This document shows positions 37,457 through 46,687 of a DNA stretch of 64,000 nt, one piece after another. Every line of letters starts with the position of its first letter. The stretch's first letter is position 1. The stretch comes from Gemmatimonadota bacterium (lineage in GTDB: Bacteria; Gemmatimonadota; Gemmatimonadetes; Palauibacterales; Palauibacteraceae): positions 416,001 to 480,000 of the forward strand of contig OY762926.1 in assembly GCA_963666735.1 (NCBI GenBank), in the 5' to 3' direction. A model generated the notes under the pieces. The model was not told the origin of the DNA. It searched no databases and was given only the letters and a program-made list of their open reading frames with translations. The translations under genes were made by a program, and so were the position numbers.

Positions 37457-38438
37457 ATGCCGAACGGATCACGGGCGCCCCTCGCCGCCCTGGGATTGCT
37501 CTGGATGTTGAGCGGGTGTGCGTCCGCACGTGGACCGCAGTCCGCCGTCGAACCGGCCTCCCGCCCGGGGCGCGCCGGAGTTGCGCCCGAATCGGGGCTT
37601 CGGCCCGGGATCCTCGTCATGGCGCACGGGGGTGGGGCGGAGTGGAACGGACGGGTCGAGGACGCCCTGCGGCCGCTCCGCGACCGGGTCCCCGTATCCC
37701 TGGCGCTGGGGATGGCCGACGATGCAGTCCGCGCTCGACGCCCTGGCGGACCGGGGCGTGAGCACGGTGGCGGTCGTGAGGCTGTTCGTTTCCGGGGCGT
37801 CGTTCCTGCATCCGGCGGAGTTCCTGCTCGGCCTTCGCTCCGACCCGCCGGAGCGCGCGATGGTGGGGCATCGGATGGTGAGCGGGGCGGAACTCGATCC
37901 ACTCGCGAGTAGCGGCCGGATCCTGTTGGAGCGGGATGGACTGGGAGGATCCGGCCAGGCGGCTCGCATCCTGGTCGACAGGGCCGCGACCGCCGGAGTA
38001 CCCGCCGCCGAGAGCGGCGTGCTGCTGCTCGCCCATGGCATGGGGGATGAAGGCGAGGATCGACAGGTGCTCCGCTCCATGGAGGATGCGGCGCGGGCCC
38101 TGCGGGCCGGCGGCTACGCGGAAGTCCACGTCGGCACGCTGAGAGAAGACTGGGCCGGCGCGAGGGAAGCGGCGGAGGAGCGGATCAGGTCGCTGGTCGC
38201 CGGCATGGGAGGGCGTCACCGGCACGTCCTCGTGATCCCGTACCGCCTGTCCGGTTTCGACCCCTGCGCCGACGTGCTGGAAGGTCTCGAGTACGTCCCC
38301 ACGGAAGGCTTCCTGCCGCATCCCCTGATCACCGACTGGATCGCGGAACGGGCGACGGCGCGTTTCTGCGCCACCGGTCTCGTCTCACCGCTCGGATCCT
38401 GTGCGGTCTCCGCGGGCGGCCCCGGTCAGCCGCAGTAG
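37457..38438 (+). pseudogene. CbiX/SirB-like chelatase-fold lipoprotein, frameshifted at ~37720
   Basis: ILVMAHGG...LALGMAD in one frame, continuing TMQSALDAL...VVRLFVSG...LLAHG...TLREDW in another. Confidence 0.75.
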
Positions 38439-39598
38439 TCGGCCGCCGCCTCGGCGAGGATCTCGGCCAGTCTCGCGCACGACTCGAGGTCCACCCACTC
38501 CACGTCGGCGTGCGCGCCCGCGCCATGCGGGCCGAAAACGACGCTGTCGACGCCTGCGGCCTGTGTCAGTGCGGAGTCCATCCAGGGGGCATCTCCGATG
38601 ACCTCCGGGTTCCGGCCGAGGACGGCGCGGGCGGCGCGCGATACGCAGGCCGCGATAGGTGCCTCCGGCGTCGTCTCGAAGGGCTCGCGGTGGAAGAAGG
38701 TCGACCAGGCGACCTCGAGCGACGGGTCCTCCGCCCGGAGATCCTCGAGCATGGCCGCGATCTCGTCTTCAATGGACTCGCGGGTCTCGGGCGGCACGGT
38801 GCGCCGCTCGACCCGAAGCGTACAGCGCGCGGAGTAGGTGCTGATCCCGCTTCCGCCCCCCAGCAGCGCTGCGTGCATCGAGGGGGGACCGAGGAGGGGG
38901 TGGCCCGGCCGGGACCGGAGGTCCTCGATCAACGTCTCCAGCCGGTGCAGGACGCGTCCCATTCTCAGGTTCGCGTCCACGCCTTCCCGGTACCGGCTCC
39001 CGTGGGCCGCCCGACCGCGGGTCGTGATCTCGATCCACGTGAACCCGCGATGGGCCACGCACAGATCCAGCGACGTGGGCTCGGTGACGATCGCGGCGTC
39101 GAAGGCGAGGTCCCCGCGTGCGCGCCGTTCGAGCAGATCCGCGGTGCCCAGGCTCGCGTATTCCTCGTCGGCGACCGCGGCCACGAGGACATCCCCGGCC
39201 AGGCGCGTGCCCGATCCGCCGAGGAGCCGGGCGGCCTCGATGCAGGCGGCGAGCGCCCCCTTCATGTCGTAGGCCCCCCGTCCGTAGAGCCGCCCGTCCC
39301 GGATGCTCGGCGAAAACGGCGCCTCCATGCCCTCCACGCCCACCGTGTCATAGTGGGCGTTCAGCATCAGCGCCGGCCCGTCCCCCGCGCCCGCGAGGCG
39401 CCCGACGACGCTCGGCCGGCCCGCCTCGGGCTCGTACCGCGCCACGTCCAGGCCCGCCTCGCGCATGTGCCTCGACGTCAGGCGGGCAATCTCCGTTTCA
39501 CCCGGCGCCCCTTCCACGAGGGTCGGGTTCACCGAGTCGATGGCGACGAGATCCGCGAGGATGGTCGCGAGGCGCAGAGGATCGGCGGAGAAGCTCAT
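38426..39598 (-). CDS. M20 ArgE/DapE family deacylase
   Basis: LNAHYDTV, GRGAYDMKG, ADEE, GAHADVEW. Confidence 0.92.
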   Translation of the reverse strand: MSFSADPLRLATILADLVAIDSVNPTLVEGAPGETEIARLTSRHMREAGLDVARYEPEAGRPSVVGRLAGAGDGPALMLNAHYDTVGVEGMEAPFSPSIRDGRLYGRGAYDMKGALAACIEAARLLGGSGTRLAGDVLVAAVADEEYASLGTADLLERRARGDLAFDAAIVTEPTSLDLCVAHRGFTWIEITTRGRAAHGSRYREGVDANLRMGRVLHRLETLIEDLRSRPGHPLLGPPSMHAALLGGGSGISTYSARCTLRVERRTVPPETRESIEDEIAAMLEDLRAEDPSLEVAWSTFFHREPFETTPEAPIAACVSRAARAVLGRNPEVIGDAPWMDSALTQAAGVDSVVFGPHGAGAHADVEWVDLESCARLAEILAEAAADYCG

Positions 39599-39660
39599 CC
39601 CGCAAAATGTCCTGCCGAGAGGTCGGGACAAGTGCCAGGACACGTGCAGCGCGCCTCGCC

Positions 39661-39945
39661 TCAGGGGCTCGGGAGGCGCTTGATCTCCCTTCGGCCGGCC
39701 GCCACGCCGGTACCGACCCCGATCCCGAACAGAACGGCCGTCAGGGGAGTCACGAATGGCAGGATCGCGGCCAGCAATCCAACACCCCAGCCCGCGAGCC
39801 CGGCCACGAGCGGGACACCGCGCCGGTGAACGCCGTCCACGAAGCGCAGCCTTCCGCGCACGAACCGCTTCATCGTTATGTAGCCGCCGACCGAACCGGC
39901 GCCGGCGATGGCGACCCAGAGAAAATTCCCGATGAACTCGAGCAT
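39661..39945 (-). CDS. Small membrane protein
   Basis: GGAGG RBS; hydrophobic helices; RFVRGRLRFVDGV. Confidence 0.7.
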   Translation of the reverse strand: MLEFIGNFLWVAIAGAGSVGGYITMKRFVRGRLRFVDGVHRRGVPLVAGLAGWGVGLLAAILPFVTPLTAVLFGIGVGTGVAAGRREIKRLPSP

Positions 39946-40063
39946 GTAACACCTCCCGCACAGCCTGTACGCCCTCCATCCCGGGGCGGTTTCAGCAGCC
40001 TGGCCGCCTTGTACTATGTTGCCGACGTTCGAACCCAGCCACGGAGATGGAGATGAACGCAAA

Positions 40064-40486
40064 ATGAACACGGACGGAATCCAGGTCCGGTGGGACGGCG
40101 GGCTCAAGTTCAGCGCCGGCCGAGCCGGCCACGAGACGCGAATCGACGGAGACGAGGGCGTCGCCCCCAGCCCGGTCGCCCTGATGGTGGAATCCGTCGC
40201 CGCCTGTGCCGCGATCGACGTCGTCGTCATCCTGCAGAAGGGACGCCAGGCACTCACCGGGCTCTCGGTCCGGGCGAGAGCCCGCAGGGCGGAGGCCGCG
40301 CCGCGCTACGTGAAGGGTCTCCGGTTCGACTTTCATGTTTCCGGCAACGTGGACGAAGCCAAGGCTCGGCGGGCCGTCATGCTCTCGTTCGAGCGCTACT
40401 GCTCGGTCTACCATTCGCTCCGGCAGGACATGGAGCTCGAATGGACGCTGACCCTCGACGGCGAGTCCGACGGCGGGCAGGATTGA
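40064..40486 (+). CDS. OsmC family protein
   Basis: SPVAL...AACAAIDVV...ERYCSVYHSL. Confidence 0.9.
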   Translation: MNTDGIQVRWDGGLKFSAGRAGHETRIDGDEGVAPSPVALMVESVAACAAIDVVVILQKGRQALTGLSVRARARRAEAAPRYVKGLRFDFHVSGNVDEAKARRAVMLSFERYCSVYHSLRQDMELEWTLTLDGESDGGQD

Positions 40487-41320
40487 CTATTCGAAGGGGT
40501 CGGGAAGTTCCCCGGCCCAGTCCAGGAAGCCCGGCCCGTCCGGCGTCCAGACCACGATCGCGCCGCAGGTCGAACCCGTACGCATGAACTCCATCGGCGT
40601 CTCGACGTCCCGCCTGTAGACTTCGACCGCGCCGAGAACGTCCCTCTCGAGATCGTCGAACTGCATCCCCGCCTGGTACATCCCGTCCAGGTAGAGCGCC
40701 GGTGGACACCGGAGCCGAGCGCCCTCGCCGAGGAAGATCTCCGCTCTCCCGTACTCGATGCGGCCCACGGAGACGTTCGGCAGGCCGCGCAGGAGGTCGC
40801 TGGGAAGACGCGGGTTCCGGTTGATGATGTCCCGCGGAGTGAAGAAGGTCCCGAACCCCTTTTCCAGGCGCTCCACGAAGCCGGCCAGGTTCCGCGCGCG
40901 CCGGGTCTGCCGCACCTCGACCGTGAGATCCGCAATGCGAATGACCGTGCGCGACAGGGTGAGCGTGACGCGGGTCGTCTGGTCCGGCGCGAGGTCGATG
41001 AGCGTGTGGCCGGCCTCATAGCCGATGAACCGCACCTCGATCGAGTCCCTGCCGGCCCACGTCCGAGGGATGCGGAAGTTGCCTTCGGCGTCCGTGGTCG
41101 CCCCGTACCCGGATCCCATGAGGATGACGATGGCGCCCTCGACCGGGAGTCCGGTCGAAGCGCTGGCGACATGGCCGACCAGTTCCGCCGTGCGGCGGTC
41201 CTCCGTCTCCTGCTCCTCCTGCGCCAGAGTCGAACCCGGCGAACCCGCCAGCACGGCTCCCGCGAGGAGGGTCAGCGCCGCCAAGCGGGCGCATCGACTT
41301 CCCGACTCCAATGCACTCAT
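40487..41320 (-). CDS. Carboxypeptidase-regulatory-like domain + plug-like exported protein
   Basis: TTDAEGNFRI...VRFIGY; C-terminus LYLDG...AVEVYR...CGAIVVWT. Confidence 0.75.
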   Translation of the reverse strand: MSALESGSRCARLAALTLLAGAVLAGSPGSTLAQEEQETEDRRTAELVGHVASASTGLPVEGAIVILMGSGYGATTDAEGNFRIPRTWAGRDSIEVRFIGYEAGHTLIDLAPDQTTRVTLTLSRTVIRIADLTVEVRQTRRARNLAGFVERLEKGFGTFFTPRDIINRNPRLPSDLLRGLPNVSVGRIEYGRAEIFLGEGARLRCPPALYLDGMYQAGMQFDDLERDVLGAVEVYRRDVETPMEFMRTGSTCGAIVVWTPDGPGFLDWAGELPDPFE

Positions 41321-41386
41321 GTGGCCCCCTGGCCGAGTCCGGCTCTCCCTTGGATTAACGCTTTCTGCCGCCCGAAAGATACGGCT

Positions 41387-41938
41387 TCATCGCCTCGTCA
41401 TCGACAGGACGGTCGGGTCCCCGCCTCCGCTGCCATGAATGGTGACGAGCAATTCGTCGCCTGCGGGGCTTTCGTACGTGAACCACCAGGGCGCGTTCGG
41501 CGGCGGCGCCTCCGCCGTGCTCCGGAAGGTGGCCTGCCGGCCTTCCAGGGCCGTGAGACGGTATTCGAGTCGCGTCTCCTCCCAGGGCACCCACCCTCGC
41601 GAGACGTGCTTGAACCGATAGTAAATTTCGCCATCGTCGTCCTGCTCGAGGAGCAGAAGTTCGTACATGACCGCGAGATCGTCGCGGACGAGGCGGAAGG
41701 AGCCGGACATCGAGCGCCCCGCGGGGCTGAACCACGCCTCCTCGATCTGTCCTCCGAAGGCGTCCCCGCCCCAGTGGCCGGCGATCCATGCCAGATCGGC
41801 GAGATCGATGGCCCGCGTGGGCGCGGCCGTCACCGCCCCGCCCGCCGGATCCGCGTCCTGACCCATCGCGCCCCCGGCGCCCGCCAGGTGGGTGACGGCG
41901 GAGAGTGCGATGGCGATCGCGGCCGCGCGGCCGCGCAT
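41387..41938 (-). CDS. DUF6265-like exported protein
   Basis: LAWIAGHW...IEEAW..PAGRSMSG motif. Confidence 0.7.
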   Translation of the reverse strand: MRGRAAAIAIALSAVTHLAGAGGAMGQDADPAGGAVTAAPTRAIDLADLAWIAGHWGGDAFGGQIEEAWFSPAGRSMSGSFRLVRDDLAVMYELLLLEQDDDGEIYYRFKHVSRGWVPWEETRLEYRLTALEGRQATFRSTAEAPPPNAPWWFTYESPAGDELLVTIHGSGGGDPTVLSMTRR

Positions 41939-41993
41939 GGCCGGCGCCCGGGAGGTTTGAGAAACCGCGGATCGCGCCGCATCTTCGCACGCC

Positions 41994-42350
41994 ATGAAAG
42001 CGGTCCTGAAGGTCCTCGTCTCGATCATCGTCTGCCTCCTCGCCGGCCTTGCGGGGCTGGCGCTCGTGTTCAGAGACCTGTCTGTCGGGCCCGGTCCCGG
42101 GCTCATCGCGCTCGGGGGTCTCCTGTATTTCTCCGCAGGCTTCGGCCTCGGGCGGTGGCACCGCGGCGCGCGTCCCCTCCTCTGGGGCCTGGCGCCGGGC
42201 TGGAGTCTCGCCCTGCTGGGCGTCATCGGCATCTGGGTGACCGTGACGGATCCTCCGTCCGGCCACTGGGGCCTGGCGCTTCTCTTCCTGCTCGGCCCGG
42301 CCGTCGCGGGCTCGGCGGGCGCCGTGCTCGCCGCGAGGATTGATACCTGA
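41994..42350 (+). CDS. 4-TM membrane protein
   Basis: Four hydrophobic segments. Confidence 0.6.
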   Translation: MKAVLKVLVSIIVCLLAGLAGLALVFRDLSVGPGPGLIALGGLLYFSAGFGLGRWHRGARPLLWGLAPGWSLALLGVIGIWVTVTDPPSGHWGLALLFLLGPAVAGSAGAVLAARIDT

Positions 42351-42413
42351 GAGCTGAGCAACCGCCCATTTCCCTTCACCGACCATTACGGGAACCACAG
42401 ACGCTCGGCATCG

Positions 42414-44663
42414 TTACATCAGGCCGTCGGAGTATAGGTGGAGCCGCCAGAGGCTGCCGCCGCGGACGGCGCGTGCGATGTCGATGCGAAACAGGCCGTC
42501 CATGAGCGACACGCCGACCCCCACGCTCGACCGCCACCCCTCGGTACCGAAGGCGTCCACCGGTCCCGCCCAGCCCGCGTCCCAGAACCCCGTGATTCGG
42601 ATCGGGCTGCCCCCGACATCGTACGCCGGATCGCCGATCCGGAATCCGCGCCCCAGTTCGAGCCGGCCGAACCAGAAGCTCCCGCCTCCGGTCGACACCG
42701 GATCGAAGGCACGCAACGTGTACGATCCGCCGAGGTGGAAGTGGCGCTGCGGAGGCGGTTTCCCGAACACCCTCCCGACCCCGCCCTCCAACGCCAGGGA
42801 CCACCGGCTCACGGGGAGTTGCAGCGCCGCCGAGACCGCGGCGCGCCCGTAGAGATCGAAGTCGCCCGCCGCAGCCTCCCCCCAAACGGACCCGCTCAGG
42901 ACCGGCGTGCCCGGATCCACCGAGGAAAAGGCGCGCAGGCGGCCCGAGATGCCCGCGATGTCGCCGCGCGCGGCCACGATGTTGTCGGAGAAAACCGCGT
43001 CGCCGAAGAGGTTCGGGAGCGAGGCATCGCTCTGCTTCGGTGCGTTCCGGTGGCGCTCCGCGAAGAGCGTACCCTCCACCCGGGTCCTCCTCCCCTGGCG
43101 GCTCGCCGCGATCTCGAAGCCGGTCTCACGGAAGTAGAGGCCTTCGTCATACCCCGCGATCAGGCTGTTGAAGGAGTTGCCGAAGGAGAGCGGGCGGCCC
43201 CAGTCCCCGAGGTCCGCGAGGCGCCGGTAGGCCGTGACCCCGAAACCGCCTCTGGCCGTCTGGCGCCGCCACCCGGCCTCGATGCCCGGCTCCCACTCCG
43301 GGATGCCGACCCGCGGCGTGACCGAGAACTCCGATGTGACCCCCGTGGGCACGGCGAACCGGGCGCTGACCGAGATCCCTTCGACCCGATTGTAGCGGAG
43401 CCGGCGCAGGCCCGGAGCGATGTCCAGTCGGGGACCCAGGCCCGCTGCGGCGGGGATGCGCAACGAGGACAGCCGATCCTTCAGGTCGTCGAGTTCCGCG
43501 GCCGCGAAGGCGTCGACCGTGGCGGAGAAGAGCGGTTCGGGCAGCTCCGGGGATGAGGGGAGCTCCTCGACGGGCGGTACGATAACCATGATGCGGCGAG
43601 CTTCGGCGGGGAGCGAGTCCGCCTCCGCCGTCAGCGGGTCGTCGCGGATGCCCTCGATCCGCCCCTCCTCTCCCTCGCTCGCCTCGGTCCCACCCGCCTC
43701 GGTGTCGACCGTCTCGTCGACCCACCGCGTCCATCCGTCCGGCACGTCCTCTCCGGGATCGAGCGTTGGTTCCCGATCCACCAGGTAGTCCTCGAATGTC
43801 CATTCATAGCGCACGGGCATGCTCGCGAGATCCGCCATCGAGGCGACCGCATCGAAGGCCATGCGATTGGGGAGCCACCAGCGCAGTTCCTGGAGTCCGT
43901 AGTCGATCGTGATGAAGTCGACCCTCGCGCGGATCGGCTTCACGAATTCGGGCACTTCGTCCGCATCCTCCGGTTCTTCGCGTTCGAAGTCGTATTCGAT
44001 CGCGGGACGGTAGGCGGCGCGCGTGAGGACGCCTTCGTCGGCGTCGAACCAGAACGAGCCCGCGATGCGGTCGAAACGGGCCTCCCGCGGCTCGACGATC
44101 GCCTCGATCAGCGTCACTTCCCGGTTGTCCCCCTGGAAGCGAAGGCGCAGCGTATCGCCGGAGCGGTAGCGGTAGTGATACGCTGCGGTATCCGCCAAAG
44201 GGTGCAGGGCCCAGTCCTCGCCGATCGCCACATGCTCGCTGGCCGGATCGATGATGTCGAAGTCGAAGTCGAACGCATCGTCGTCGCGCAGGTCGTCTTC
44301 GAACTCGACTCCCAGGCCGACGATGGGCACCCCGCGGCGGACTCCCAGCCAGCGGACGATGTGTTCGCCCTCCGCGGTCCAGCGCAGGCGCGCGGCGCGT
44401 TCCTGGTGGAACATCGCCCGCTCGCGTCGCAGGACGGCGCCGCCCAGTCCGGCGTAGATGCGTTCGCGGAAGGTGGCCTCGAAGCTCGTCAGCCCCTCGG
44501 CCCGAGCCCTGCGCTGCTCCAGGGCGCGCTCGATCAGCCCCGCGATCCCGTCATCCGCGTAGGCGTCGGCCGGAATCGGCCGCGAGACGGCGTCGGGCGG
44601 ATCCTGGAGGGCGCGCGCGTCGAATGCGGCGCCCGCGACGGCCCCCATCCACGCGGCCAGCAT
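42414..44663 (-). CDS. Outer-membrane protein with C-terminal BamA/TamA-like barrel (start approximate)
   Basis: RYNRVEG, LGGSYTLRAF, SVGVGVSLMDGLFRIDIAR. Confidence 0.7.
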   Translation of the reverse strand: MLAAWMGAVAGAAFDARALQDPPDAVSRPIPADAYADDGIAGLIERALEQRRARAEGLTSFEATFRERIYAGLGGAVLRRERAMFHQERAARLRWTAEGEHIVRWLGVRRGVPIVGLGVEFEDDLRDDDAFDFDFDIIDPASEHVAIGEDWALHPLADTAAYHYRYRSGDTLRLRFQGDNREVTLIEAIVEPREARFDRIAGSFWFDADEGVLTRAAYRPAIEYDFEREEPEDADEVPEFVKPIRARVDFITIDYGLQELRWWLPNRMAFDAVASMADLASMPVRYEWTFEDYLVDREPTLDPGEDVPDGWTRWVDETVDTEAGGTEASEGEEGRIEGIRDDPLTAEADSLPAEARRIMVIVPPVEELPSSPELPEPLFSATVDAFAAAELDDLKDRLSSLRIPAAAGLGPRLDIAPGLRRLRYNRVEGISVSARFAVPTGVTSEFSVTPRVGIPEWEPGIEAGWRRQTARGGFGVTAYRRLADLGDWGRPLSFGNSFNSLIAGYDEGLYFRETGFEIAASRQGRRTRVEGTLFAERHRNAPKQSDASLPNLFGDAVFSDNIVAARGDIAGISGRLRAFSSVDPGTPVLSGSVWGEAAAGDFDLYGRAAVSAALQLPVSRWSLALEGGVGRVFGKPPPQRHFHLGGSYTLRAFDPVSTGGGSFWFGRLELGRGFRIGDPAYDVGGSPIRITGFWDAGWAGPVDAFGTEGWRSSVGVGVSLMDGLFRIDIARAVRGGSLWRLHLYSDGLM

Positions 44664-44861
44664 GAGGGCGCGCGCGGCAGCAAGCGTTCGGTCCAAAAGT
44701 ACTCTCCGGTCTGGAGCTGACTCCCCGGCGTCGACGCGCGGGGCCTGCAGCCGATGGCGAGACGCGGCCGCCCGGGCGGGTGACACATCCCGACAGGAGC
44801 CGCTACGTCTATGTTCGGTAGACGTTTCAACCTTCGTCCGCGTCACCCGGGAGGAAAGCGA

Positions 44862-45500
44862 GTGGGGCTGTACTCCGAACACATCTTCCCGCGCCTCATG
44901 GAGAGCGGGCTCGGGGGCGGCGTGCATCGCAGGTACCGGCGCCGGGTGCTCTCCCGCGCACGGGGGAACGTACTCGAGGTCGGCTTCGGCACCGGCCTCA
45001 ATCTCGAATGCTACCCGACATCGGTTCACCGCGTCACCGGAATCGACCCCGCAGCCGTGCTCGAACGCCGCGTGCGCGCTCGCGTCGCCCGGGCTCCCTT
45101 CCCCGTCGAGCGCGTGATCCACGATGCCGCCGACCGACTCCCTTTTCCGGACGCGCATTTCGACACGGCGACGAGCACCTGGACGCTGTGTTCGATCGCA
45201 CGGGTCCGGGAGGCCCTCCTGGAACTGAGGCGTGCGCTGAAGCCTTCCGGCGAACTCCTCTTCCTCGAGCACGGACGGAACGAGAAAGGCTGGGTTTCGC
45301 GCCTGCAGGACACCTTGAACCCGCTCCAGAACTTCGTGGCCTGCGGCTGCAACGTTAACCGGAAGATCGACGCCGAGATCGAGCGCGGCGGATTCCGGAT
45401 CATCGAACTCGACCGCTTCACGATGCCCGGGGTGCCCCGGGTGCTGGGCTCCGTCTACCTTGGCGTGGCCAGGCCGCACAACGGTAGACGACTCGCGTGA
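44862..45500 (+). CDS. Class I SAM-dependent methyltransferase
   Basis: VLEVGFGTGLNL, WTLCSI, LFLEHG. Confidence 0.9.
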   Translation: MGLYSEHIFPRLMESGLGGGVHRRYRRRVLSRARGNVLEVGFGTGLNLECYPTSVHRVTGIDPAAVLERRVRARVARAPFPVERVIHDAADRLPFPDAHFDTATSTWTLCSIARVREALLELRRALKPSGELLFLEHGRNEKGWVSRLQDTLNPLQNFVACGCNVNRKIDAEIERGGFRIIELDRFTMPGVPRVLGSVYLGVARPHNGRRLA

Positions 45501-45645
45501 GGCTCGCGGCGCTGGCCGGGCCCGCCCGCCGGCCGCCGGACGTTTGCGCGGCGGCTGACTTGGCCACAGAGTAGCGTCCGCCGCAACCGACGATGACGCC
45601 CGGCGCCCGGCGCGCCGGCGATCCCCATAACAGGCGTCCCGATAC

Positions 45646-46419
45646 ATGGCACGAGGTCGCAAGGCAAGAGACAGCAAGGAAGAGGCGGACGAAGCCGCGG
45701 GAAGCAAGCGGGAACGTTCCCCATCTCCACCGGCGTTCAGCGCCGCGTGGTTCCGCGACTGGATGCGTACTCTTGCCGTCGCGGCCCTCATCTTCGTTTT
45801 CTTCCGGACGTTTCTACTCGCGACGTTCGTGATCACCTCGGGGTCGATGGAGGAGACCCTCCTCGTCGGCGATTTCCTGCTCGTGAACAAGACGTCGCTC
45901 GGTGCGCCGATCCCGTTTACGAATGCCCGCGTGCCGGGATACGCCGAGCCGGAGTACGGGGACATCATCGTGTTCAGGGCGGACCATTCTCCGGGGCTGG
46001 ATATCGTCAAGCGTACCGTGGGCCTGCCCGGCGACACCCTCCGAATGGAGGGAGGCGTCCTCTACCGAAACGGCGCCGCGGTCGACGAACCCTACATCCG
46101 GCGCAATCCGCGCCAGCCGGATGACGGGGACCCCCGGATGCGGTGGCAACTGGAGCACCTGGTTCCCGATCCGGAGCGAGGCGAGTACGAACCCACGCGG
46201 GACAGCTGGGGGCCCCTCGCGATTCCGCCGGAACGCTACTTCATGCTGGGGGACAACCGGGACGAGAGCCTCGATTCACGGTTCTGGGGCTTCGTCGAGC
46301 GCGGGAAGATGCGGGGCAGACCCTTATTCATCTACTTCTCGTACGATCGGGAGGCGCTAAAGCCGGTAAAGTTCCTCACGGCGATGAGGCCGGGAAGGAT
46401 CGGACCCTCGCCGGACTAG
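45646..46419 (+). CDS. lepB: Signal peptidase I
   Basis: SGSMEETLLVGD, VKRTVGLPGD, GDNRDESLDSRFWG. Confidence 0.95.
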   Translation: MARGRKARDSKEEADEAAGSKRERSPSPPAFSAAWFRDWMRTLAVAALIFVFFRTFLLATFVITSGSMEETLLVGDFLLVNKTSLGAPIPFTNARVPGYAEPEYGDIIVFRADHSPGLDIVKRTVGLPGDTLRMEGGVLYRNGAAVDEPYIRRNPRQPDDGDPRMRWQLEHLVPDPERGEYEPTRDSWGPLAIPPERYFMLGDNRDESLDSRFWGFVERGKMRGRPLFIYFSYDREALKPVKFLTAMRPGRIGPSPD

Positions 46420-46461
46420 CGCGGTGTCGCGGAGATCCGCGAGTCACGGAGGGTGACGTCG

Positions 46462-46524
46462 TCAGAGCTTCTTGAGCAGCTTCCGAATGACGATCACGGC
46501 GACGGCGATGGCGATCTTTTTCAT
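46462..46524 (-). CDS. Putative 20-aa cationic hydrophobic peptide MKKIAIAVAVIVIRKLLKKL
   Basis: GGGAGAGG RBS 7 nt upstream of the ATG; intergenic; host-like codons. Confidence 0.5.
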   Translation of the reverse strand: MKKIAIAVAVIVIRKLLKKL

Positions 46525-46687
46525 GAGGTTTCCTCTCCCGCGCATGGCATACGCTGCAAGGTGGCGCGTCCACGCTCCGTCGAACAGTACGGGCCGCTCC
46601 CGGGTCGAGGTTTCGGGCGCTCTGGCCCGCGACCGACCGTCGGGCAACGTTGAACGGATGATTCAGGTTCGCAGTCCAGGAGGTGTC

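Noticed and set aside
44664..46037. N-terminal part of the 1207-aa minus-strand ORF
   Set aside because: It is antisense to the methyltransferase and lepB; a high-GC open-frame artefact.
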